In this document: positions 1-13,939 of the stretch, one piece after another
How positions within the stretch are numbered: position 1 is the stretch's first letter
Layout of the letters: each line of letters opens with the position of its first letter
From: Octopus vulgaris
Lineage: Eukaryota
Assembly (NCBI GenBank): GCA_951406725.2
Contig: OX597814.1
Coordinates: 123,752,001 to 123,816,000 of the forward strand
DNA length: 64,000 nt
Direction of reading: 5' to 3'
Made by a program: the position numbers and the translations under genes
The notes under the pieces: generated by a model
What the model was told of the DNA's origin: nothing
Databases searched by the model: none
The model's input: only the letters and a program-made list of their open reading frames with translations

Positions 1-103
1 GGTGTTTTCGCTCAATAAACACTCACAACGCCCGGTCTGGGAATCGAAACTGCGATCCTACAACCACGAGTCCATTGCCCTAACCACTGGGCCATTGTGC
101 CTC
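1..103 (-). mobile_element. tRNA-derived SINE head (family D), truncated by window edge
   Basis: Minus strand GGAGGCACAATGGCCCAGTGGTTAGGGC...GTTTCGATTCCCAGACCGGGCG has A/B boxes; same head at 36134 and related head at 4943. Confidence 0.75.
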
Positions 104-400
104 CACAAACACACACACACACATATATATATGTATATGTATGTATGTATATATCATTCTTAGGAAACTGCTTACTTCCCTCAATCCATTGTCTGTATCC
201 TCTCTTATGCTCTCCTCCTTGTACTTTGAAGGGTGCTCTGGCAACACATCCCAACTGTCGTTCTCTTCTTTCCAGCTACTCCCATTCTCCCTTATATAAC
301 GTGGGGAAGCCATGTATCTTCTCTAAAGCAAGATTTTTGTGCTTGTCCCTCTGTCATACCTGCCATAAAACCACCTTACCTTCTCAAATATCTTCTCCTC

Positions 401-577
401 TACTTACTCTTTTACTTGTTTCAGTCATTTGACTGCAGTCATGCTGGAGTACCGCCTTTAGTCGAGCAAATCGACCCCAGGACTTATTCTTTGCAAGCCT
501 AGTACTTATTCTATCAGTCTCTTTTCCTGAACCACTAAGTTACGAGGACATAAACACACCAGCATTGGTTGTCAAGA
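401..577 (-). mobile_element. SINE family A, 3' part
   Basis: ttttacttgtttcagtcatttgactg...ggttgtcaag matches full copies at 2895 and 14768. Confidence 0.8.
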
Positions 578-609
578 TGACAAAGATGATGATGACAATG
601 ATGATGATG

Positions 610-683
<74 letters not shown>

Positions 684-1046
684 GATGATGATGATGATGA
701 TGATGATGATGGTAATGATGATGGTGATGGTGATGACGAAGATTATAAAGATGATGATGATGATGATGATTATGATGATGGTGGTGGTGGTGGTGGTGGT
801 GAGGATGATGATGATGATGATGATGATGAGGTGGGGAAGGAGGTGTGTTGGAGGAGAGGGAGGAGGTGATTGGGGAGTACAGGAGGAGGAAGAGGAGGGA
901 GGGGAAGGGAGGAGTACAAGGACGACAACAACAATGATAATGACAATGATGATGATGGTGATGATGGTGATGATGCAATGATTATGATGATGATGATGAT
1001 GAGGATGATGATGATGAGGATGATGATGATGATGGTGATGATGATG

Positions 1047-1118
<72 letters not shown>

Positions 1119-1203
1119 GTTATGAAGATGATAATGATGATGATGATGATGATGGTGATGATGATGGTGATGATGACAGTGATAATGATGATGATGATGA
1201 TAA
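578..1203. repeat. (ATG/GTG)n microsatellite block
   Basis: Long imperfect ATG/GTG/GAG triplet runs. Confidence 0.95.
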
Positions 1204-1669
1204 ATAAGAAACTGTTAAAGTTACCCCTGATCTTCTCAACAAAGCAAAAAAAAACATTTAAGTAAAAAACTACTTCCTTTAGAATCACCAAGTTTTTTGT
1301 TGCAATAACTGCTGTTCATTGATTATATTTTGTCTCTACCAAACTGAACATTTTATATTCTCAATGCACAATATTTTCAACTGTTTGTGTGTTTCTGTGA
1401 GTATATATAAATGTCATTCAATAATTATACACACTGTTTTCTTATCTGATACTGATGTTTATCACTTACATGAAAACTAATGGAATTACTGTTTTCAATT
1501 ATGATTGTGGAGTCTAGATACTGTAACTAGAGAGATGGGGGTGGATGGGTTAGCTGACAACACTTGGCATCCTTCCTCCACACGCCAACAGACTGCATCA
1601 TTTCTTCATCCTCCACTCCTCTTTATTCATGTACGTCTTCTGTCTGTAAAGTAATTATCTTACAACCAA

Positions 1670-2650
1670 TGCCATTGACACCATTGCTACTGCTATCGCC
1701 ACTTCTACTGCGGCCACCACTACTGCTATTGCCGCCACAGCTTCCGCTGCCACCACCACAACCGCCACTGCCACCACCACACCGCCACTGCCACCACCAT
1801 CACCAATTCCACTAACACCACCATACCACCATAACACCACCATACCACCATACCACCAGACGTTGTTTCAGTCACGTCTGCCATCATCATTATCATCATC
1901 ATCGGGATTGGTGTTGGTTGATGTTGTTGTTATAACGTCTACTTTTCCATGCCTGCATGGATCAGATGAAACTCATTGAGGCAGAATACCAACACCATCA
2001 CCATCCTTCACCATTGCCCTCGTTCACACCAATGTCTTCATCTTCATTATCATCATCGCCATTGTTGCCACCATCACCATAACCACTGACACTACCACCA
2101 CTACCACCACCATCACAATCACCATCATAGCTGCCATTGCATCACTACTAAGACAGCCACTGCCATGACCACCACGATGACCATCACCACAGACCACCAC
2201 CATTGCCACCACCACAGCCTACCACCATTGGATCACTACAAAGACAACCATTGCCATCATCATCACTACCACCATCACTGCCATTGCATCACTACTAAGA
2301 CAACCACTGTTATGACCACCACCATGGCTATCACCCCAGACCACCACCATTGGACCACTACAAAGACAACCATTGCCATCACCACCACCACCACCGCCAC
2401 CACCACCGCCACCACCACCAAACCACCACCACCACCACCATAACCACCACCACCACCACCACCACTGCCATTGCATCACTACTAAGACAACCACTGCCAT
2501 GACCACCACCATGACCATCACCACAGATCACCACCATAACCACCACCATTGGATCACTACAAAGACAACCATTGTCATCACCACCACCACCACCACCACC
2601 ACCACCACCACCACCACAACCACCATTATTACCCTACATGCCACCATCAC
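1670..2650. repeat. (CCA)n-rich region containing a higher-order minisatellite
   Basis: Unit ctgccattgcatcactactaagacaaccactg...ggatcactacaaagacaaccattg recurs at about 2131, 2278 and 2465. Confidence 0.85.
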
Positions 2651-2894
2651 AACTGTCTATTGGAGGAGACCTCTTACCTTAACTACCACTGAGTATTTTA
2701 CTGTTGTTATACTCACACTTTAACAGCCATTGTGTATGTGTTCTTCTAATTAATATCAAGTAATTATTCCAGTTTGAATAAATGAGTTTATCAAACTATT
2801 GTTACAAACTTTCCTTGCAAAAAAATAAAAGCCAAGGAACATTACTTGAATTGGCTAATGAAATTTGTATAATTAACATAGTTAATGATATATA

Positions 2895-3134
2895 CTTTTT
2901 TACTCTTTTACTTGTTTCAGTCATTTGACTGTAGCCTTGCTGGAGCACTGCCTTTAGTCGAGCAAATCGACTCCAGGACTTATTCTTTGTAATCTTAGTA
3001 CTTATTCTATTGGTCTCTTTTGCCGAACCGCTAAGTTATGGGGATGTAAACACACCAGCATTGGTTGTCAAGCGATGTTGGGGGGACAAACACAGACACA
3101 CAAACATATACGCACACATACATACATACATACA

Positions 3135-3170
<36 letters not shown>

Positions 3171-3345
3171 CACACATATATACGAGAGGCTTCTTTCAGT
3201 TTCCGTCTACCAAATCCACTCACAAGGCTTTGGTCGGCCTGAGGCTATAGTAGAAGACACTTGCCCAAGGTGCCACAAAGTGGGACTGAACCTGAAACGA
3301 TGTGGTTGATAAGCAAGCTACTTACCACACAGCCACTCCTGCGCT
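2895..3345 (-). mobile_element. Full-length tRNA-derived SINE family A with internal microsatellite
   Basis: Minus-strand head GCAGGAGTGGCTGTGTGGTAAG...GGTTCAGTCCC, body, internal (TACA)n and tail ...GAAACAAGTAAAAGAG; many copies in the window. Confidence 0.9.
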
Positions 3346-4107
3346 TATATATACATAAATTCTTAATAAACTGAAATATGAAGAAAGAAAAAATAAAATC
3401 AAGGGGTAATTATTGGTGACATTCAAGGTGAAGAGTAGACAACTTAAAAAAAAAATAGGAATTAATTAATTAATAAAAAAAATAGGAGTTATCAATTTTC
3501 ATGTTTATGGAAAAATCTGATATTTGTTGCTAACAAAGATTAGTCTTTCCTGACATAAAAATTATTTTCTGTGAAATTAGTAATAATTTCTTGGAATTGT
3601 CTCCCCTTTTCTTTGTGAGTTGCTCAAAACTGCTGCATGGTTTTTGTTTGCTTTCTCTAATTTTAATTCATCTGAAATTTTTGTTTTGCATACATCATTC
3701 AGAATATCACTATCTATTCCTGATTATATAATACACGTCATACTTGTGTTCAAACACCCACAGTGAAATGAAGGTGTAATTGAGTGAGCAGTGAGTGGGA
3801 AATCATGATGACAAACAATATGGATATTAATATTTTTGATATTTTAGTAATGTTATTGTTGTTTAGTCTCATGTTGGACTTTTTCTAACCAACCAATGAT
3901 AACATTGTAGTCCAACAATGACCATTCCTCTTATAGTAGACTTGCAGTGCAGGTTTCTGATCCTGCTAAAGTTTGTTGGCCGGGTGAGAATGTCATATAA
4001 CACACTGTAGAGACAGAGAGAGAGGGAGGGAGAGAATCTTAAGATATTAGTCAATATGTCATTATGTCATTATTTAAGACAGAGCAATGTGATTTGAAGA
4101 ATATCTG

Positions 4108-4680
4108 TGGCTGTGTGACAAGAAGTTTGCTTTGAAGGTGGCGAGCTGGCAGAATCATTAGCACACTGGATGAAATGCTTAGCGGTATTTCATCTGCCAT
4201 TACGTTCTGAGTTCAAATTCTGCCGAGGTCGACTTTGCCTTTCATCCTTTCGGGGTCCATAAATAAAGTACCAGTTACACACTGAGGTCAATGTAATCGA
4301 CTTAATCCGTTTGTCTGTCCTTGTTTGTCCTCTCTGTGTTTAGCCCCTTGTGGGCAATAAGGAAATAAGAAGCTTGCTTCCCAACTGTATGTTTCCAGGT
4401 TCAGTCCCACTGTGTGGTGTCTTGGGCTAGTGTTGTCTGATATAGTCTCAGGCTGTCCACAGCCTCGTGAGTGGATTTGGTAGATGGAAACTGAAAGAAG
4501 CCTATTGTATGTGTGTGTGCATGTGTGTGTCATTGTGTTTGTGTTTGTTCCCCATCACCACTGGACAACTGGTGTTGGTTTGTTTATGTCCCAGTAACCT
4601 AGTCATAGTACTGGGGTCAATTTGTTCCGCTAAAATTCTTCAAGCATGGCCTCAGTCTAATGACTGAAGCAAGTAAAAGA
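4108..4680 (+). mobile_element. SINE A interrupted by a SINE B (4133-4367)
   Basis: TSD agaag(t/c)ttgctt at 4121-4132 and 4368-4379; SINE A head resumes after the insert. Confidence 0.85.
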
Positions 4681-4942
4681 TAGAAAAATATAAAAAAAAA
4701 GAAAAACATACAGAGGTGGTGTCCCAGCATGGCCACAGCCTTAGGGCTGAAACATATAAAAGAATAAAAGAATAGAGGATCTCAAAGTTCATATAAGAAC
4801 TGGTTACATTGCATAATGCAGCACATCTCACACAGAAAAAGAAAATAATGATAAAATGCCATTTTGTGATGCCATTTCATAGTTATATACGCCATCACTA
4901 TGACTTCTTCTCATTGGTTAACTTATCTTACCAGTGCCAAAT

Positions 4943-5245
4943 GTGTAGGCACATGGCCTAGTGGTTAGAGCAGTGGACTTGCAATTGAGGGATTGCAGGT
5001 CCGAATCTCAGACCGGGCAATGTGTGTTATTATGAGTGAAACACCTAAGCTTCACGTGGCTCTGGCAGAAGGTAATAGCAAACTTCTGGTGACTCTTTCG
5101 CTACAACTTTCTCTCACTCTTTCCTCCTGCATCTTGCAACTCACGTGCAATGGACCAGCGTCCCGTCCACGCGGGGAACCTATATGCCAAGGAAACTGGG
5201 AAACCGGCCCTTATGAGCTAGGCATGGCTCAAGAAGTAACAAACA
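4943..5245 (+). mobile_element. tRNA-derived SINE (family D) with 13-bp TSD
   Basis: Head ggcacatggcctagtggttagagc...ggtccgaatc; TSD accagtg(c/a)caaat at 4930-4942 and 5246-5258. Confidence 0.85.
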
Positions 5246-5517
5246 ACCAGTGACAAATTAGATGCCACTGTACTCACATGTTTGTTTGTTTGACTAATTT
5301 CTTGAACGCTTTGCTCTTTTATCTCAGAAGCTATTGAAACTAGATAATCTGACGCTTTATATAAATAAGGTACAGGTATGACCATGGAGTCAAGAAGTTT
5401 ATTCTGGATTTGATTCCATTGTGTGGCATCTTTGGTGGCTTTTACCACTACTTCAGATCAACCTAAGCCTTGTAAGAGAAACTGAGTAGACAGAAACTGT
5501 GTAGAAGCTTCTGTCAA

Positions 5518-5933
5518 GGTGGCGTGCTGGCAGAAACGTTAGCATGTTGGGTGAAATGCTTAGTGGTATGTCTGCCGCTATGTTCTGAGTTCAAACTCCG
5601 CTGAGGTCGACTTTGCCTTTCATCCTTTCGAGGTCGATTAAAAAAGTACCAGTTATGAACTGGGGTCGATATAATCGACTTCATCCGTTTGTCTGTCCTT
5701 GTTCATCCTCTCTGTGTTTAGCCCCTTGTGGGTAGTAAAGAAATAGGTATTTTGTCTGCCGCTACGTTCTGAGTTCAAATTCCGCCGAGGTGGACTTTGC
5801 CTTTCATCCGTTCGGGGTCAATTAAAAAAGTACCAGTTATGAACTGGGGTCGATATAATCAACTTAATCCATTTGTCTGTCCTTGTTTGTCTCTTCTGTG
5901 TTTAACCCCTTTTGGGCAATAAAGAAATAAGAA
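5518..5933 (+). mobile_element. SINE family B dimer
   Basis: Two tandem copies of gttctgagttcaaa...gcctttcatcc...aagtaccag...aaagaaata. Confidence 0.9.
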
Positions 5934-6099
5934 GCTGTGTAGGAGCACATTAGATGGATTATATTAATTCAGAGGCACAGTTTTATTACACTGTATCATG
6001 TTGCTTCTGCCAGAGAATTACATTAACGGCATATGCATCTTGCATGTTAATTCACTGAATATATTGAAGCGGGAATATTTAGCTATCATATCACTAAAT

Positions 6100-6440
6100 C
6101 CCATGTCATAAATATTACCTACATCACTGAAAATGTCTGACTGATCAAGACTTTGCATGAAACAGGTTCCAACAACAGTTTCATCTTTTTGTGAATGCAT
6201 CAACATATATTCAATTCACCTTTGCTACTTCAACAAACTGTGAAGAGATGGTAGACAGACTGTGAAGAGATGGCAGACAGCAGCTGATCCCAGCTGGCAA
6301 CATGAAAGCTATGAACAGGCAATGAAGGAAAACCATTAGAAGACAGTAGCATAGCCAGCAGCTAAATAATAAATGAACAGCAACACCAGCACCTGCTAAC
6401 ATTTTGATTTCTGCTACAATTATACGAATCCAAGAACAAT
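6100..6440 (+). mobile_element. Highly decayed RTE-like LINE C-terminal relic
   Basis: Fragment translates as TVKRWQTAADPSWQHE, like the RTE W..A.DR..WR motif; many stops. Confidence 0.3.
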
Positions 6441-6960
6441 AATATTCAAACACTCTCATTCATAATAATGACAACATTTTTCTTTGTTCATGAAAAGAAC
6501 AAATATTTTGTTTATCAAGAATCTCAACAAATATCAGTGTTCTTCTTTGTAACAAGGTAATGCAGTGGATCAGACAAATAAATCCTCTTTGATTTATGAA
6601 TATCCAATTGCATTATACAATGCTGAGCATGCATACTAATGTAAACATGTAAGCATGGTTTTTCACACCAAAATTATTACTACACGATGAAGGCTGTGAA
6701 ACAGCTGTAATCCTAAAGATGTCAGATGATTAAAGAAATATGATCACCTCTCATGTCTTCTGACTTTTATGGTTTATGCACACCTAATTGAATCTTCTGC
6801 AAGAATACTTTGCATTACACTTCTCTCTATTGGATTACTATATGGACTGTTAGTTGAATCAGTTAGAGAAGCTTTCTGTGATAGCCACACGATTCTCTGA
6901 ATCCATATCTTATGCTACAAATTATATATATATATATATATGATGATATATTTATATATA

Positions 6961-7337
6961 GTGGCTCTGTGGTAAGTAGCTTGCTAACCAATCACATGGT
7001 TCCGGGTTCACTCCCACTCCGTGGCACCATGGGAGCAAGTGTCTTCTACTATTGCCTTGAGCCAAGCAAAGCCTTGTGAGTGGATTTGGTTGACAGAAAC
7101 TGGGTGTGTGTGTATGTGTGTCTATATGTTTGTGTGTATATGTTTATCCCTCCACCATTGCTTGACGACCTATGTTGATGTGTTTATGTCTCTGTAACTT
7201 AGTGGTTTGGCAAAAGAGACCGATAGAATAAGTACTAGGCTTACAAAGAATAGGTCCTGGGGTCAGTTTGTTCAACTAAAAGTGGTGCTCTTCATTGCCA
7301 CAGTCAAATGACTGAAACAAGTAAAATGATAAAAGAA
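6961..7337 (+). mobile_element. SINE family A
   Basis: gtggctctgtggtaagtagc...gactgaaacaagtaaaa. Confidence 0.9.
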
Positions 7338-7485
7338 TGTATACATATATATATATATTGGCGTTAAGAAAGGCATCCAGCCGTAGAAACCATGCCCAAT
7401 CAGATTGGAACCTGGTGCAGTTTCCTAGCTTACCAATTTTCAGTCAAACTGTCTAACCAATGCCAGTGTAGAAGGTAGATGCTAA

Positions 7486-7517
<32 letters not shown>

Positions 7518-7894
7518 ATATATATACAAATACATACATACATACATACATACATACATACATACATACATACATACAAGCATACATACCCTCTCTCTCT
7601 TTCGGAGAGGCACAAGCACCTACATGCACATATACACACAGGTAGTAACTTCCGCCTGCCGAATTCAATCACAAAGCTTCGGTCGGCTCGGGGCTATAGC
7701 AGAAGACACCTACCCAAAGTGCCTCGCAGTGGGACTGAACCCGAAACTATATAGCTAGGAAGCAAGCTCCCTAACCACACAGCCATGCCCGGCATACATA
7801 TATATATATATATATATAAAATTTTTTTGTAATGAGATAACAAAGTTTCTGCCAGCTCACTGCCTTTCAAGTCAAAGGTCTTGGCCATTTCTCA

Positions 7895-8818
7895 CTGCCT
7901 TCTTGAGGAAGATCGACCAGGTCGTTCAGTTGAGTTTGATGATAAGCTTCTTGAGGCATAACTGCATTATCAGTTGAAGAATTGGCAATAAAGTTTAGTT
8001 CAAACCATACAAGTGTTCATCGTCATCTTCAATAACTTGGAAAGGTTCCTAAACTTGGAAAATGGCTGCCTCATGAATTGTCTGAAAGCAGCCACAAATC
8101 CCGAGTTGACATCTGCTCTTCTCTCCATTCTCACGAACTCATTTCACCCTTTTTGGATAGACTTGTGACTGGTGACAAAAAATGGATCTTCCATCGTAAT
8201 GTTAAATATCATAAACAGTGGCTTGGTAAAACGGATAAAGCTCAACCACATCTGAGAAGGGAACTTTGTGGGAAAAAGGTTCTTCTCTCTATCTGGTGGG
8301 ATTGCAAAGGAGTAATTCACTTTGAATTGTTAGCACCTAATGCAACAATCAATGCTCAAGTCTACTGTCAACAATTAGAGCGTTTGAACTGAGCTACGAA
8401 GAAGAAAAGACCCTTTTAGTGAATTGAAAAGGAGTGATGTTTCATCAGGACAATGCGCAACCCCACACTGCAAAGATCACATCACAGAAGATCAAAGAGC
8501 TGGTTGGGAAAAAATTCCTCATCCACCTTATTCTCCTGACCTTGCTCCTTCAGACTACCATTTGTTTCGTAGTTTACAGAATCATTTGGGGAACATAAAT
8601 TTCGCAAGCCAGGAGGAGGTCGAAACTGACTTTCAGAGTTCTTCACTTTGAAACCAAAAGAGTTTTACAATGATGGGAATAAAAAGCTTATAAATAGATG
8701 GGAGGAAGTCATAGATAATCAGGGAAAGTACATTGATGATTAAATTTCAAATAAATATAACATTTGATCACTTGTTTTCTTTATTCAAAATTCAGACAGA
8801 ACTTATGGGATGACCTGA
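7895..8818 (+). mobile_element. Mariner (DD34D) transposon relic, 5'-truncated and frameshifted
   Basis: Motifs WLPHEL, LVTGDKKWIF, FHQDNA, PHPPYSPDLAPSDYHLF; right TIR ttatgggatgacctga followed by TA. Confidence 0.92.
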
Positions 8819-8820
8819 TA

Positions 8821-9355
8821 CAACAGTGTAAGTATCTTGAGAGAGAAGGTGGGCATAAGAAGCATCAGATATAGTGTGCAAGAGAGACAACTGCGCTGGT
8901 ATGGTCAGGTGATGTGTATGGACAAGGACAGCTGTATAAAATAGTGCTGATCTTTAACTGTGGAGGGAACATGTGGAAGAGGTAAACCCAGGAAGACTTG
9001 GGATGAAGTGGTGAATCATGATCTTCAGATGTTGAGCCCCATGGAGACAATGAATGAAAAGTGACTGAGACCTTTGACAATATGCTATGCTTAAGAAGAC
9101 TGGTCAAGCCAAGTGAAATTCTAGTTGTTGATGATACTGGTGTCTCATAACAGGCACGCTTTGAATGTTGAGCCTCACAGAGATGATAAGTGACCAAAAC
9201 CTTTGGCAATATACCATGTTTTGGAAGACTCATCAAACCAACTGCAAATTGCAGTTGTAGCTGAGACTGGTTTCACATAGCTGGCACCTATGCTGGTGGC
9301 ATGTAAAATGCACCCATCACACTCTTGGAGTGGTTGGCATTAGAAAGGACATCTG
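8821..9355 (+). mobile_element. RTE LINE 3' fragment
   Basis: Encodes VQERQLRWYGQV...GTCGRGKPRKTWDEVV, homologous to 58533-58830. Confidence 0.85.
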
Positions 9356-9438
9356 ACATAACTTTGCTTCTCATCCTTGAAGTGATGAAAAGCAAAGTTG
9401 ACCTCAATTGTGTTTGAACTCAGAACATCACGTTAGAC

Positions 9439-9439
<1 letters not shown>

Positions 9440-9470
<31 letters not shown>

Positions 9471-9549
9471 TGGTTTCTTTTCATATTCTTTTCATTATTA
9501 CTGTTATCATTTGTGTTAAACAACAACCCCAACAATACTAATAACAATG

Positions 9550-9589
<40 letters not shown>

Positions 9590-9615
9590 TGATAATAATA
9601 ATAACAATAATAATG

Positions 9616-9670
<55 letters not shown>

Positions 9671-9678
9671 TGATAATA

Positions 9679-9719
<41 letters not shown>

Positions 9720-9750
9720 CATAATAATAATAATCATAACAACAACAATA
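9440..9750. repeat. (AAT)n microsatellite
   Basis: Long AAT runs. Confidence 0.95.
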
Positions 9751-10417
9751 AAATTATAACAAACTGGATATTTCTTTCTCTTTTAAACTCTTTTCTTCCA
9801 ATATTTTGCTTTTTTTTAAGCCAATTACTAGAATATTAAGTATGCGACACCCTTCATCATTTGACATGTGATGTGATGGTGGTGGTGGGGAACTGTGGCT
9901 CATATAAAAACAAAATCAGACACTACCATCCCACATACAAATGAAATACAATAGAAATATTTTTATATGCAGAACTATATAGCAACAGAATTTCATTAAG
10001 ATATTTGTGATTATAATAACAGTAACTACTGTTGTTGTTCTTTAGCCCTTGGATAGCACAATCAATCAGACTAGGTTTTTCTTTTTTTACGAATAGCATA
10101 TTCAGGACTACAATAATTTATGCATTTACCCTTTGTTAAGGTCATATGATATGTTTTGAAGGATGTTTCACTGGTATTTCTAGAAGGTTCAGCTAATGAA
10201 TAGAGAGTCCATGTTGTGGCTTGACAGTAACATTCTAACCAGTTATTTACTATAACCAATAATATACTGCTTGTGAAAAGTGGTTGGCGTTTGGATGGGC
10301 ATCCAGCCACAAAAAGTCCTGCCAAAACAGACACAGAAGTCTGGTGCGGGCTCCTGTCAAACCCCCCAACCCATGCCAGCATGGGAGGTGGAAGTTAAGC
10401 AACCATGGTGATGATGA

Positions 10418-10478
<61 letters not shown>

Positions 10479-10566
10479 TTAAATAAGGGTAGAAATTGAT
10501 ATTAATCAATTAAAACCAGTGGCCTAGCATGTTTTTAAAAAAATCCGAAGATTAAAAATTTTTTTA

Positions 10567-10722
10567 CATACAAAATTTATAGGACTGACCACTAAAAGTG
10601 GATAGCCTTTATGCTAGATACAGACGTCAAAATCGCCATTTTCCATGAAGAATGCGATTTTGACGTCTATATCTAGCGTAAAGGCTATCCACTTTTAGTG
10701 GTCAGTCCTCTAAATTTTGTAT
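10567..10722. repeat. Near-perfect inverted repeat, arms about 70 bp
   Basis: tacaaaatttataggactgaccactaaaagtggatagcc...aaaatcgc pairs with gcgattttg...ggctatccacttttagtggtcagtcctctaaattttgta. Confidence 0.9.
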
Positions 10723-11274
10723 ATATATACATTTACACACACACACACACATCACAACATCCCTCATCCACTCTCACTATTTATGCACCTCCTTCAACCC
10801 ACCATGCTTTCACCCTATCTTCTTCAGTATCATTGTCATAATAAAATTCCCCTCTTTCACATACTACTCTGTTAATTGGTGGTCAAAACGAGCCATTAGT
10901 TTTGTCGAAAATGTGGTAACCTCTCTCATGCTGGTGCCATGAAAAATACACCCAGTATACTTTGTGAAGTGGTTGGTGTTAGGAAGGGCAACCAGCTATG
11001 TAAGTCAAGCCAAAAATGAACTTTATGAGCAAGATGTTCTCTTCCAACCTATCTAGGAGAGCAACAACCATCCGTTGAACCCATTCCAACATGGAAATGG
11101 ACATAAAACAAAGATAATGACGATACACTAACACACACATTTACATGTATATGTGCATGTATATACATATATATATTTATATATAGAAATAATTGAGATT
11201 CAGCTGAATTAGGTACTTAAGTTGAAGCACCATGTTAGTCTGGTATTATCCGTACAGCTCAAAGTAAGGTGAAT

Positions 11275-11583
11275 AAAATCAAAATAAGCAACAGGATATC
11301 AAGAAATGATGCAGTACAACCATTTCAAGTGGCTCCATTTAATTGAGCAATGCAATCATTACATCAATTTAAATGCAGTGCCATCTTCAGCTGCACAGAT
11401 AAACAGAATTTTAAATAAATAGAAATTAATTGTGTCTGACTGATTAAAATTCTATTTATTTGTGCAGCTGAAGGTGGCACTGCATTTAAATTTATGTAAT
11501 GATTGCATTGTTCAATTAAATGGAGATGCTTGAAATGGTTGTACTGCATCATTTTTTGATATCCTGTTGCTTATTTTGATTTA
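11275..11583. mobile_element. Fold-back element (arms about 140 bp) with a hammerhead motif in each arm
   Basis: Arms are reverse complements; minus strand 11394-11311 reads GCAG CTGAAGA TGGC...GCCA.. GAAAT GGTT GTA CTGC. Confidence 0.75.
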
Positions 11584-11589
11584 CCCATG

Positions 11590-12035
11590 CCAATGGAACA
11601 CTAAGAGCACCATCTGAGCATTATCGCTGCCAGAACAGCTGACTGGCTTCTGTGCCGGTGACACATAAAAAGCACCATTCAAATGTGATTGTTACCAGCA
11701 TTGCTATACTGGCACTTGTGCCAATGGCACGTGAAAAACATTCGAGCGAGGTTGTTGCCAGTGCCGCTGGACTGGCTCCTGTGCAGGTGACACATAAAAA
11801 ACACCACTTGAGCGTGGGCGTTGCCAGTACTGCCTGACTGGCTCTCGTGCTGGTGGCACATAAAAGCACCCACTACACTCTTGGAGTGGTTGGCGTTAGG
11901 AAGGATATCCAACTGAAGAAACTCTACCAGATCAGATTGGAATCTGGTACAGCCATCTGGTTCACCAGTCCTCAGTCAAATCGTCCAACCCATGCTAGCA
12001 TGGAAAGCGGACGTTGAACGATGATGATGATGATT
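11590..12035 (+). mobile_element. RTE 3'UTR copy (family C) with internal ~55-bp repeats and (GAT)n tail
   Basis: ggttggcgttaggaagg...catgctagcatggaaagcggacgttgaacgatgatg, homologous to 57867-58300. Confidence 0.9.
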
Positions 12036-12040
12036 ATGAT

Positions 12041-12071
<31 letters not shown>

Positions 12072-12816
12072 TATTTATGTATATATATATATCATCATCA
12101 TCATCGTTTAATGTCCATTTTCCCTGCTAGCATGTGTCTCAAATTTTGGTTAAATCAGTGTTTCTCAAAGGGGAGGCCTATGGGACGGTCGGACAAGTTG
12201 TTTTGAGAAAATTTGCTGTAAATGTTTGACAACTCAGCACCATCCATTGGACGGGGAGGGGGTGTTTTGCTTGTATATATATATATATGTATATATATAT
12301 GTAACAAAAGAAATACTATTTATTATTATTTATATTCTAAGTGCTTTCATTCCTTCAATGAAATTTTCAAAGGCTGAGTATTATTGAGCAGATTTCTTTA
12401 TATGTATGTGTTTGTGAGGAAAATCAGCTATTTGTTGAAAAATACCAGGAATTCAAATATATTTACTAAATGTGTTTCCTTCTCTTTGAGTTATAATTCA
12501 CTGATTTGCAAAAGAAGTCAGACTACCAGGAAGTCAATATGTAATTGAATGTGGTTTTCTTTGTTCTTTAACGAAGAGTACACAGTGTATGTATGTATGT
12601 ATGTATGTATGTATGTATGTATGTATGTATGTATGTATGTATGTATGTCTGTGTGTATGTATGTATGTATGCATTTATGTATGTGTGCATGTGTGTATAT
12701 GTATGTATGTGTATGTGTGTGTATTATGCATGTATTAATATATGTATGTATGTGTGACTGTTTGCATACATATTTATATATGTGTGTGTGCCTATATAAA
12801 TGTGTGTGTGTGTGTC

Positions 12817-12847
<31 letters not shown>

Positions 12848-13131
12848 ACGTGTCCATAAATAGACACATACTTATATATTTATTGAACGATACAGCTATG
12901 GAGACTCACTTACAGGACATCAAGTTTCTGTGTCAATGATACAATGATCACTGCACTTCTTCAGCTTCGTTGGTGTAGTTATGTATCTCATTGAATAATC
13001 AATACCATACAAGTCCAAGTTGAAGTGCTTTCATGAAAGAGAGAGTGCTCAACTGTTCACCAACACCAATCCACCCTAAGAAGCATGAGGGTTTTTGCTA
13101 CTAAGTGGGTGTTGGGAAATCTGCATATTAA

Positions 13132-13783
13132 CCCTTTTGTCGCCATATTTCTGTTGAGATGATCTCTTTATTCTTTTCTCACTTTTACTTGTTTCAGTCA
13201 TTTGACTGCAGTTATACTGGAGTACAGCCTTTAGTCGAGCAAATTGACCCCAGGACTTATTCTTTGTAAGCCTAGTACTTATTCTATCGGTTTCTTTTGC
13301 CGAACCGCTAAGTTATGGGGTTGCAAACACACCAGCATCGGTTGTCAAGCGATGTTGGGGGAACAAACACAGACACACAAACACACACACACACATATAT
13401 ATATACACACATATATATATATAAGACAGGCTTCTTTCGGTTTCTGTCTACCAAATCCACTCACAAGGCTTTGGTTGGCTCAAGGCTATAGTAGAAGACA
13501 CTTGCCCAAGGTGCCATGCAGTGGGACTGAACCTGGAACTATGTGGTTGGTAAGCAAGCAACTTACCACACAGCCACTCCTGCGCCTATGCTCTGTGTTT
13601 CTTTCAATTAATTTTAAATATAACAAAGAATTTAGTAAAGTAACTTAGTTATCATTAAGCTAGTGTTAGGAACATAAATTCTGACAAAGGTTTGGTAGAA
13701 GATTTTAATTCAAAACTCATGAAAACAAAGACATTTGTACTACAGAGCTTGGGCTGGTTTCAGCCAGGCTGGTAATGAAAGGG
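13132..13783. mobile_element. piggyBac-like MITE interrupted by a SINE A (about 13165-13587)
   Basis: TTAA|CCCTTT...AAAGGG|TTAA ends; uninterrupted inverted copy at 38028-38249. Confidence 0.8.
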
Positions 13784-13874
13784 TTAACAAACTGTGTGTG
13801 GCAACAAAAAAGGTAGACCTCAAAAGCATTGGAAACAAAGGTGAATCTCTTTTGTCATCACATATGGTTTGTTA

Positions 13875-13939
<65 letters not shown>

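Noticed and set aside
535-1291. Poly-His/poly-Met/poly-Ile ORFs
   Set aside because: Translations of (ATG)n, open in several frames only because the repeat lacks stops
4948-5015. Possible tRNA gene (also at 30-103, 27215-27290 and 36134-36190)
   Set aside because: A/B boxes are present but there is no proper acceptor stem or terminator; these are SINE heads
6684-6713. Hammerhead-like ACGATGA AGGCTGT GAAAC AGCT GTA
   Set aside because: Core start is altered and stems I and II do not pair; at most a deleted relic
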